DNA of 39,745 nucleotides, taken from the NCBI GenBank assembly GCA_008369845.1, contig MRSU01000065.1, positions 1-39,745 of the forward strand. The letters are read 5' to 3'. The DNA is from Trichomonas gallinae. Lineage: Eukaryota. Positions 35,501 to 39,745 of this stretch are shown here, piece by piece. Positions within the stretch are counted from its first letter, which is position 1, and each line of letters begins with the position of its first letter. The translations under genes and the position numbers were made by a program. Below the pieces are notes generated by a model. It searched no databases. It was not told where the DNA came from and saw only the letters and a program-made list of their open reading frames with translations.

Positions 35501-38175
35501 GATTCTTGGATCATCTTGCGGAACTTCTTCTCTAGAGATGAGCCGACAGACACTGATGATGGAACAAGCTCTTTGAGATTGTGTTTCGTCGTGCGGATGT
35601 TTTTGACGCCAAATGCATAAAGAGAATACATCGCGAGTTTGAGTGCTGTTTCAGTGTCAACTTTGATGTCGTTCTCATTCAAGTAGTTCCTGCAATCGTG
35701 CAATGCTTGAATGGCTGATGATGTCTGCTGTAAAACTTCCTTTGAGAGAATGAAGAATCTCCTCTTGACGTGTAGATGCCTGAAATAGTTGATCTGCTCT
35801 GGAATTGTCTTTCTGAGATCAAGTGGATATAATTGTTTGTCGACTCCTTCATACCACAAAGTGTAACCGAGCATTGGCTGCATGTGATTCTCTGAGAACA
35901 ACCATGGAACAATTTCATCGACTGTTTTTGTGATTTCTGTCTCGCATTTGAAATGGGAGCCATCAGGGAACGTATACCTGATCTTATATTTCGGCTCCAA
36001 CAGATAAAGAGTCATATCGTTCTGAAGGCAAAGGCTTTGAATGAGATCTGTATCTCTCATGAATGTGAAGATTTCATCCATCATGTGAACCAAAATAACC
36101 TTCTCGTGCTTGAAAGGAATCGATAGATAATAAGAAATTGCGCGCTTGACGATTTCACCTGTGAATTTCTTGTCGAATGCGTATTGTTTAATTTCCTTTG
36201 TATTTGCTGAGATGTCGTCTGTCGCGTACAAGTTGATCTGCGTCTTCTTGTTGATTAACTTCTTGAAGTTGCCTGCAACAGTAGCATAACGCTTAGAACG
36301 ATCCTGGAAAATCAAGTTTGTTATCTCTCTGTATCTCGAAATTGTTTTCGCCATCTGTTCAACGCCTTTTCCTGAGAAAGTGTATGTCTGGAAACTATTC
36401 CTCTTCGGAGAGAATTTGATAATCAAATCTTGCGCTGTTGTAACTGAAACAATCTCTGAATAGGAAATCTTTTCTTCGATTAGTCCTGAAATGCCATCAT
36501 ATATTGCGAGTCTGTATGGCGAGAGATAAACGACGGCTGGATCAAGAACGTAATCTTTGTAGCCGACAGTGACAGTGACATAGCATTCGTATTTGCGCTC
36601 AGCGAAGCCGACCAACTTGCGGCAAAGTTTGATGAATTTTCTCATCGCGTTGAATCTGTTGCAGGTTCCGTTGTTTTGGTAGAAATCTCTAAGCACTGGG
36701 CCCCTTCCTGCTCCTTTTCCTTTCTTGGCGAGTCTCGCTGGCATCCACTGTGAGATATCGTCGGGAACTTTCTTGATATTAAATTTTTCGTCGGCCATTA
36801 ATCTGTAGGCGCAATATTTGAGTAATTCTTCCTTCGTGAATTCGATTTCTGAATGATTGACGCAGTCTATGACGTCCTTGAATGCAATTTCTGTTGTGAT
36901 TGCTGTCTCAAGATCTTCGAGTGTAAAGATATAATACTGGCGAGCGAAGAAAACTTCATTGATCGCGCGTGTTTGTTCTGGTAATGATTTGTTGATTGAT
37001 AGATAAACAGCCTTCCGGCTTTTGTTCAAGACGCACAGTGTGTAGCATCTGTAGGAGCCGATCTTGAAGTATGTTGCAATGTCAGCGACTAAATCTGAGA
37101 CTTTCTTGGAAATATCGAGAGTTAATTTTTGTGATTTGAAATGCTTTGAGTGAACCATGATAGGCTTCAAAAGCTTGATGACGTATACATGTGTTTTCTC
37201 GTTTGGTGTGTAATCTTCGAGGAATTTCTCTGGTTCTACCCATCTGGCATCAGATCCATCTTGATTTGATAATAAAATGCCGTATTTATCATCTTGATAT
37301 CTTCCTAGAGCTGTTAAAGCAGCCTGAAGCATCTCTGGCTGGCTCATGCCGAGCTTGTAGCTTTTTGGAGCTCCGCGTTCCGAAAACATGTAATGTGTTT
37401 CGAGAGTGATGCTTTCACCTTCTTGTTGGATGCTTTGATCTGCCATGGCACCGAATCCCATCATTGTCTGGAATTCCGTAAGCTGCTCGTTGATATTTAA
37501 TTCGAGATCGATACCTACTTGTGCAGCGTTTTGATCTCCTTCGACACTTTGAAGCTGTGATGGATCATAGTCGCTATCGTAGAAATCTGCGAAGTTTAAG
37601 CTTGCGTATTGTCCTGTTGCATATAATTGTTCATCACTTCCGCTTGCAATTCCGTAGTGTGAATTTACTAATGACTGGAAGCCACTTGTACTGTTAAACA
37701 TTCCTGAACTGTAATTATAATTCGATGAATATAAAATCGAAAGATCCGTTTGATCTTGGCCAACTGGCTGTGCCATGTTTTCTTGATTTTGAGAATTGTA
37801 TTGATGTGAATTTTGATAATTTTGATTTGGATCATAATTTGATTGATATCCTTCAACGCCAGTGACTTGAGAATTAACAACCATGGATTGTCCACCTTGA
37901 TATTGTATGTTAATATTCGTATTTGCAAGAACTAGGCCCAAGATGTAACCATCTTGGATGCCTTGTTGTCTTAAAGTGATTTCAGGATCAATCCAATCTG
38001 ATGCTCCATCTGGACGTTGATAAAATGCATCGTATTCCATACTAGGATTAATATTTAGATACCGCTTCGCAAAATCAATTGCGAGATTACCCGGCTGATC
38101 TAAATAATACTGAAATGGAGAGAATTCTGGATGTGTTTGTGGTTCTACAGTATATAAACCAACAATAGAATCCAT
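20515..38175 (-). CDS. Giant (5886 aa) talin-like protein: five tandem FERM heads, long helical rod, I/LWEQ-like C-terminus
   Basis: Uninterrupted 17,661 bp ORF. Talin-head motifs recur five times (see the repeat feature). The rod is A/Q/L/I/S/T-rich and amphipathic. The terminal helix LKRLELEAKVIRARTLLEKYEKDLAKL resembles the THATCH dimerisation helix. Confidence 0.85.
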   Translation of the reverse strand: MDSIVGLYTVEPQTHPEFSPFQYYLDQPGNLAIDFAKRYLNINPSMEYDAFYQRPDGASDWIDPEITLRQQGIQDGYILGLVLANTNINIQYQGGQSMVVNSQVTGVEGYQSNYDPNQNYQNSHQYNSQNQENMAQPVGQDQTDLSILYSSNYNYSSGMFNSTSGFQSLVNSHYGIASGSDEQLYATGQYASLNFADFYDSDYDPSQLQSVEGDQNAAQVGIDLELNINEQLTEFQTMMGFGAMADQSIQQEGESITLETHYMFSERGAPKSYKLGMSQPEMLQAALTALGRYQDDKYGILLSNQDGSDARWVEPEKFLEDYTPNEKTHVYVIKLLKPIMVHSKHFKSQKLTLDISKKVSDLVADIATYFKIGSYRCYTLCVLNKSRKAVYLSINKSLPEQTRAINEVFFARQYYIFTLEDLETAITTEIAFKDVIDCVNHSEIEFTKEELLKYCAYRLMADEKFNIKKVPDDISQWMPARLAKKGKGAGRGPVLRDFYQNNGTCNRFNAMRKFIKLCRKLVGFAERKYECYVTVTVGYKDYVLDPAVVYLSPYRLAIYDGISGLIEEKISYSEIVSVTTAQDLIIKFSPKRNSFQTYTFSGKGVEQMAKTISRYREITNLIFQDRSKRYATVAGNFKKLINKKTQINLYATDDISANTKEIKQYAFDKKFTGEIVKRAISYYLSIPFKHEKVILVHMMDEIFTFMRDTDLIQSLCLQNDMTLYLLEPKYKIRYTFPDGSHFKCETEITKTVDEIVPWLFSENHMQPMLGYTLWYEGVDKQLYPLDLRKTIPEQINYFRHLHVKRRFFILSKEVLQQTSSAIQALHDCRNYLNENDIKVDTETALKLAMYSLYAFGVKNIRTTKHNLKELVPSSVSVGSSLEKKFRKMIQESEDMTQKSAAKKYIGLVRKIEGFGSESFTFEHYWDDFDPPREAQHGTFVITPLQLSILNAKGKPVVEKITYHSLKGFYIIGNNYIIKYQYPPKTGRIVYGTFTSDNVNDMDCVISYNLKIMRQVAIFNREMEKKRLEEMALRLSGGWKDEKGVVHGPMVDLRFGLLSDNILKPAQWFDIDTPQEELAKTLLSQLPHDPNTPYSTMVQVLKGIIKWLKPGMVLRDAQPYRESIIYFHPQFAKITFVNIFGKKSTMTVSIDEPVTSLIPKVGVLFDITFCQGYTFFYKEDNKMVPLNTTLTIPEQTRQYDTLYFFRYFFVINKTELTDHSALKILYYDAKDLILSGEVSMIRDVALELAGYALIAESKHKPKKEELPEILEPLFPPHFKVNKTTKSELWSMMKHKPCKGHKDAMFKYIALARTLPTFGSISVEITYVKFKKGTRADISALMVASPQTVRVVSEDLTRTFTICEYRHFIKCETIANELAVKFSQDDSDEPAQILCILNNPERPHAFINRTVELYNIFLDMRREGFNPKTEDVNTSIDRVVLKSKRWDDKKQRILNIAFDMRYTGEMVRKRAVRALHLEASREWTPLLKLTNDEYRWIHPKDILGHYFPCDNMWLTLYPTIFQIQVTYNDTTIDIYVNITHPLHQIIPILGECFNIEYPAGLTLYVDNPGKAPTPLDLWLSIPEQYTGKFEFLFIRRFLVFTHSDRFFPYICRSFYQDVKKNIMSGVPVTSDTKATELAIYSIYADNREKDPMKITIPPMDKLYPVGTDGSKIHEQYIMDTIRNGKLIHRDIAMQKYIGIAKQTLHFGCTLFKVQMTDDQFILAAQEVTVSIGPLGVHIFGRVRGFEDEVEKIVDLDEKITYNYVCDFSRMIDHLVVRVSLVTGRVKTFIFTTPDVYEMFILLRSYKYIFYPYLTKREELQKVTPELQAILDNRAGLIDVLVSKRMFITDPPQFSISTTLDYESIIKVICYFLVMPYASGKYILVHQGQNNEYRRLLTTENLMSIDATDGDGLILLDESSTAKFISISNVVVTKTFPSMTKVEDLLKDVCNEFGYGTWIGYTCWIREDEGDYIPLDIMQPLVFQANLSVPILVKRRYFLYSNQMLRDYTILSSVYNDCKYLVINRIINVSDDSMTQLIALSLYAMAENPSAVTLMVSTLKRPEWNSICPADFEISEMFKKKLLAFLTHLPVLDKTPAMFYYIGLIMDYRGFSEETYITNIHSLNYNSQIIGKLCMNPWRIMIRDANNDNNIIYNFSIGTILTNEIGNEKVMISALDQTEEIYFNIYSDDYKRIGMYIINLIYLYQLDEFQCVQIGTEGSCFINNGQRISLTMGKLSTIAFEEPIVQQNETSNEDGEDDVYLDDMDFMNHFEEHINNVEINIDDVLKEEKKVELFDVPNLENITLDDSYQFNKINLDNDKGDDVEIKEEDIVWRANEEGLNISRAENLLNAIEIKLDLNEEKIVDIGAQALFQQLATINDQIGNFVDSTYNDDLRDQFSQIYTQIDSLVSTTQNLVQSNQDITPYVAEIQNKIQSTISIVKPTIERTETAKVQLIERIQDQQTFSMQPEVEAPPITKDLISISAREDKIANELLLYAASAGIDVSSIIQSLQGSSSTLTVLAGTIKDAQSSSQFNIHIKPHIPMIASHIQKLNEIVALAREKNVDLPVTVKSIRKLKELVRNVNEIITNDEDKKIMEERVSISSRPSILMERQSISARPTFIEETPGQPIIIENVEQHSSAAIEQHSSAATESRSSNASRAVSLPGDETILVTVDTLSSLDLNSPNLQNIPQHVLSLFSIANQSIANLKQLLINLSQSPANDALRFECISELSKVDADITDLITELYPYNSDQTAAYLYSVYYQVLMQIKHQEDLISSRNITSVTTSKITNDLAYLVNNQEAILAPDVLSKLDNQTQDRIKYAFNEVKTKYYDIQQAQSTLETNVADIGAVSLAQANIVELKTMLPQLQHDIQQLSAVSNDVAMPVIIERLAMDIDKAITEKPSENISNIPYILKFQESMNSFQDLISELVTTSSSDSVKQDATLNDRAMSTLAKAKKIYLEMVDRRNELIEDPYNDEVVKCACDIVREAIESMNEIQVLSKRIVDVTNNVKIATINEEITSQLQDSLTLAQKQTSSAKLEEKKSMVGQNKMQFAKPTPEQIQAVIDCVTHLAQIVQYYITLPEVEDNDDLRKDAVRLYDYMSSVLVSLKEMGENLTDEVYEFVIQINRLAQKFQQIAITVPSFMANENADQLVPYGLQMIAGVQPVVIQEESERPKAEEIIEPEVSPEIIKAKLAEVSQSLGNFSQKIVEVQNSVAENPNNEIVNRTLNDWTNSINATIERVNAHLQSPQFSLKQAKLDKETLIQLQKKVNLVPINVRKAIDLSLVSELNNNISEVMNKTNVFVSAVRNIPTAKKVEIMVENVPVIKEDDDIEETIVVVQQQAAMINNVLNQIESCGQIDQSPSAKALVSQIRQNMQAFSTDRLNAQDEKVLIQQLNSIKNEMPKLISNAELIEPMVDSSQFTDLLKTFNDSSGTIAKIISVPHMNKATATKFIQHAHPQLQKFVAQLTAAAQAPEVAENPQLKSQFDNLIITASNVMKDLPTLKPRQAQIVCDDLYSATCALLPTLYDSNFDQLEEATQNVALVSEVFTSLPKTRKPKSYQLILKEPVMAQNNIISAIKESCDLIMEGGEKELPQEYIASIVEDLNAINDHKDALPNHVLKSVNIYTPHIKEGNTRALVDVVRLISQCETDYEMRNHLLSDVATAAAVNAAQQVIELQNTIKVLHDKITQSPDKFSNETKYYDSVAQSSVKESDAKLLMQTKSFASAMVNRDSLNDASQAVSLLLDTLKNNEQVKDIVYPVAESNTKLISTLHQFDMCLGEMLLSQLDRIVTACDNSIIQNPGASSPAVKSFVRQTYALLKNANRSIAIGPSELNQFSNLYEAFTKTVVPTLTTMPNNYKEEIAAALKTITPIQPLINTWKTPIPLTGKQELRNAIRGSAVQIEDIADSLVSLDQNMSDVLALSQSLQIATLRAKAAGIDVSRIEPIIQNCVKAQKSFEISNDAKDFEKVKESVNVIKNCAEALKTEITMVVPITEFNENATAVKLVNAEIYLPAIADASCLNVAKSATVVLNQYRTKLDTLQKTAKPTIIQTKASTPELIAKQTTENTSTISVALNPIISITTAEVPTIMNNIAETTQLGTVVTSSVPVQQQGKLVESNLGVMLAQRIEGLRQKQLDEFPDIVKMLDKPIDAKLNEDAITNAMMSIQQQSQLLNDPIELKKTIARLTPDEIIVQQHALKLMTENILEKQVDTNITEAAQTFQMKQTELLEAVANAQTTQEIKLKTVEDVNRSVQRGFSAVNLVETLQALQQLVVAKVPELCKYVRSPEGQQLLKAPIAPTKLVDVQQKLIQLVNIADRPEQLDVVIHNTSPEDMVTTMRMIDASLNVLASDDVYNMIADTSVETTPIGLLKSTNNKIIETIKTNESVSKMNALIQTETALKAQDFVVDALQRFNLAQSLVAIQQFHTNCLPQLQQKISAIDVSQPVDRELVDTYTQMITQQLEYINHPQEFAMAIPQLRIEDLENQQAVISNLAATLATSKSSDIKYDLSALKNTTAALLDKVHESVSDKLADDPEQLHLVKVNNEKTVEFFHQHQQLLNTCQQTLEMGNVLQVIRQKVPNIDQMLTSGQANQILQANLNEQKLTDAKDKMLALQHSTREGFTSLADAVSDVKVDDLVVIFSLMSTQMIKMKDLDNVVNTVKSKSMESRIFDKSLLIQQTKRKVDAKKLVPDAQKVDAELADSMKDLAQAQLCSNIADLLKIRTEIAEVSQTDKTNAIKNIQLNPDKLAQLQQQTYQQLYQISINPDQVKQQVKQEDKESQAAQTLLLQHLSMAAASPQYMAASCKDVDFSKTAQLNQASQMTALTVNNATQISGKLIGFQRALLQQNPAQLAQIAAPSITTVDAISTASKENLQRLQLRTKMSAIQRDLIASNPQIIQAISAIAGKPQAQSLDISTDEIKEYQGEMKLLVSTNSAPAAVKTITRESSNDKIVKKLAVLNNLIQITKPSTPVVTTFSNIAGLDSILNTNLNIDVATVSAAPLATKNYRSELNSVANAAQTASDVIPILSQFSHLPISECKNIFAKTNTEAIQLVEKLMKTKYSQEIDQLVMELSKLSPKLIASLARNLTLVTDQKVRAMLVTDPAQLLQVVNEIITVSTDLSNTQSAQRFRQMCTVLFQALKNFDAALVNVQSAKTEPIKSFEKLVKAIDTNDLEIISRELIDFSAMKVKRMTLNEQAADLDPIIDQIVQIDKAVQKYYIADASADQQLSQVLQTIKANSIQILKRETPNVFVQVGELADTKAVDLYFNAAKTEIDDASTRLIEAIQARNKDKQQDCINLIIKNFASCQSAMYRGFSVSNQTMSTSIATDYITMIYNSTTATRNIIDITKMRAVSSTMIKRATRSYNRIIDSMSSMLQESHNDEEQKTPWENAKCTFIQSVSNTINTLSSTLATITSSKIPDVTLSILSSEKANFDKLLPQITANVKAIKEINTNKQAEVDFSDAINELSEAILGFQKEAYNVKSTVDITAAAFVSVVDKTLKVLNKMNTLTDVVPRTPDIESADMLPKSFDIPPVPDVSSTDISVCYNELQNSIAQFNEKNTIFFQIVNHPQATNQYIVQSFTPYMQQMQDMITRVLACSATCFSISHQSYLADAAGALTVNFAQLMNSLKDRFLLRGDFDGVSKAYSEKVFELINGIISASSEANEQAASANDELSAIRQKLHPAVSGLGNVKHEFEAMIAEIKDQLVTRFSELSRTTINEPCTSITSATQKLLILACGKLNVVENVDKLAEKSMTLLEALNEAIQASRTIIQQKPAIPEATIAPVLSKVAKSGKELSQIKTLSLEATKLAEAIAQLCEVTQNLAATTEATAKRKSAPKTGQNPSGGATSHAVKSNLLKRLELEAKVIRARTLLEKYEKDLAKLG
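31560..37420 (-). repeat. Five tandem ~390-400 aa talin-type FERM modules (F0-F1-F2-F3)
   Basis: The motif (G/C)(Y/L)T....PL....(I/L)PEQ.....RR(F/Y)F recurs near 37045, 35865, 34665, 33500 and 32305, a spacing of ~1160-1200 nt. Each copy is followed by Y.D.K..I....V....A.ELA and by A..KYI..AR....FG. Boundaries are approximate. Confidence 0.85.
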
Positions 38176-38811
38176 AATATCTTCTCTATATCAGAATAAA
38201 CAAAAAAATTGATTTGCGATAGAAAAAGTGACATCAAAGAGAAATCAAAGAAAATATTGATCAATGATCAATTTTCTGTATATTTTATTTTTCATCTGTG
38301 AATTTTTTTCTCTCAATTTTTTGTCAAAAATTTTACTTTACACGTCACATTATTTTAACTTTCTTATTTTCTTTCTAATATCTATATATTAGACCTAATA
38401 CTATTCCGTTTGTAAATTAGAGACTTAACCTAGTCATTTAAATAACCTAAACACTTAATTTGTATTCAAAATATTTTAGTATAGATAAGCTGATAATACA
38501 TATTTTTCATTGTCATATTATATTAGTACATTTTGTTTTTATTAGAGGCGATGAATGAATCTATACGCATGAGTTATTAGTGATTTACCATATTTAATCA
38601 GTCAAAAATAAATAAATATTCATTTGAATGTTATTCTTTGATGTTCTATCCATTAATATGGAGATTTATTCACTCAACTAAGATATAATTCGTTCAATTT
38701 ATGTTTGATAATTTTCATAATTAATTAAAAATCAAATAAATGATCGATATATCCTTGAAATGCATAGATATTGAATGCTCTAACAATAAATACTTTACTC
38801 TATGATACAAA

Positions 38812-39525
38812 TTATTTCTTAAGATTGAGCTTGAGGTTCAACTTTGGCATAGCAGGATTGGCAAGGTCAGTCTTAGGAGCATCTCCTCCATCGTTTGCTG
38901 GTTTGGTTGGTAAAGAGAATTTTGTGAGTCCTTTTCCGAGTGTGTTACCAGCTGGAGCTGCTGCAGCAGGCTTTTGTTCAGTAGATTCGGCTAATTTGGC
39001 TGATTTGTCTGTTTCTTTGATGGATGAATGAATAACTGTAGGAACTGTAGCTTCTTCGATCAAATGGTGTCTTGAAGCAGGAGAGAACTCCTTCCAGAAT
39101 CCATTTGATGCTTCGTTTACCTTTGAAGCAGCAACTGGTTTTGCAGTAACTTGATTAGTCTGACTATTCATTGCTAATGCGCGTTGATTTTTAACAAATG
39201 AAGGCTCAGGAATGAATGATGGAGCGATATAATGCGAAGATTCTGTTGATATTTGTTTTGGTGAAGATAATATTTTTGTGAATATTGAAGGGGCGAATGT
39301 AGAAGATCTATATGTAGGAACATAAGAATACTTTTCTTCGTATTCATCAACTTGGCGCTCTAATGCAATTGTTGGCTTAGATTTTGGAAGTTTTTCTAAT
39401 GTTTTAGAACTGCGCCTGAAAAACTTCCTGATAGAATACCTGAGATCTTGGAGGTACCGGGACTGAATGAATGTGATTGATAAAACAATAATTAAGATAA
39501 TAAATAATATCGAATTAACACTCAT
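38812..39525 (-). CDS. Hypothetical protein with an N-terminal signal anchor and an S/P/A/K-rich disordered tail
   Basis: ILFIILIIVLSITFI is followed by a basic segment (SIRKFFRRSSK); the remainder is low complexity. CCTTT (M5-like core element) lies on the minus strand at 39542-39546. Confidence 0.75.
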   Translation of the reverse strand: MSVNSILFIILIIVLSITFIQSRYLQDLRYSIRKFFRRSSKTLEKLPKSKPTIALERQVDEYEEKYSYVPTYRSSTFAPSIFTKILSSPKQISTESSHYIAPSFIPEPSFVKNQRALAMNSQTNQVTAKPVAASKVNEASNGFWKEFSPASRHHLIEEATVPTVIHSSIKETDKSAKLAESTEQKPAAAAPAGNTLGKGLTKFSLPTKPANDGGDAPKTDLANPAMPKLNLKLNLKK

Positions 39526-39564
39526 TTAAATTAAGGTTCTTAAAGGCATTTTTGGCATTATGAA

Positions 39565-39623
39565 TTTACATGTCAAAATAATTTTAACATGTAAATATTT
39601 TGAAAAAAGTTTTGACGTGTAAA
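39565..39623. promoter_or_regulatory. Inverted pair plus one extra copy of the TTTTGWCATGTAAA motif between the CDS and the tRNA
   Basis: TTTACATGTCAAAA (39565-39578) and TTTTAACATGTAAA (39582-39595) match at 13/14 as an inverted pair. TTTTGACGTGTAAA lies at 39610-39623. Confidence 0.6.
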
Positions 39624-39669
39624 CATTAAATTATTATTTGATATATAAAGGAAATTAAAAGAAATGTGC

Positions 39670-39741
39670 GGGTGAGTAGTCTAGTGGTATGATTCCTGTT
39701 TTGGGTACAGGAGGTCCCGGGTTCAATTCCCGGCTCGCCCC
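39670..39741 (+). tRNA. tRNA-Pro (anticodon TGG), intronless
   Basis: Acceptor stem GGGTGAG/CTCGCCC, D arm AGTCTAGTGGTATGATT, anticodon stem CCTGT/ACAGG with TGG at 39702-39704, and T arm CCGGG-TTCAATT-CCCGG. Length 72 nt with no encoded CCA. Confidence 0.96.
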
Positions 39742-39745
39742 ATTT

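Noticed and set aside
20469..37928. Dozens of short ORFs overlapping the giant gene on either strand
   Set aside because: They are shadow ORFs expected from the codon bias of a long coding region; none has recognisable motifs.
1..39745. Spliceosomal introns and autonomous transposons (Maverick, Tc1/mariner, Mutator)
   Set aside because: I noticed no ACTAACACACAG-type branch/acceptor motif and no transposase, integrase or polymerase ORF.

Overview
AT-rich, gene-dense eukaryotic DNA with no introns that I can detect. It is most consistent with a trichomonad (Parabasalia, Trichomonas-like): TCATT initiator elements sit about 5-30 nt upstream of several ATGs, several stops read TAAA, and an ankyrin-family relic is present. 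This assignment is inference, not a database result. The window holds 13 apparently intact protein genes, one decayed ankyrin gene and a tRNA-Pro(TGG). The intact genes encode a small acylated protein, a Tubby-domain protein, a thioredoxin-like membrane protein, an ARL16-like GTPase, a kinesin, a Q-rich beta-rich protein, an NTF2/NXT1-like protein, MYCBP, a GPN2-like GTPase, a Frag1/DRAM-family protein, an importin-beta-like protein, a CobD/HisC-like PLP enzyme and a signal-anchor protein. The standout, a 14th gene, is a 17.7 kb single-exon ORF (5886 aa) that reads as a giant talin-like protein: five tandem complete talin-type heads (F0-F1-F2-F3, ~395 aa each), a ~3500 aa helical rod containing a separate six-fold ~150 aa repeat, and an I/LWEQ-like C-terminus. 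Also notable are a kinesin ending in a transmembrane helix, a recurrent TTTTG(T/A)CATGTAAA motif arranged in palindromes and arrays upstream of many genes, and poly(A) tracts directly before two start codons.
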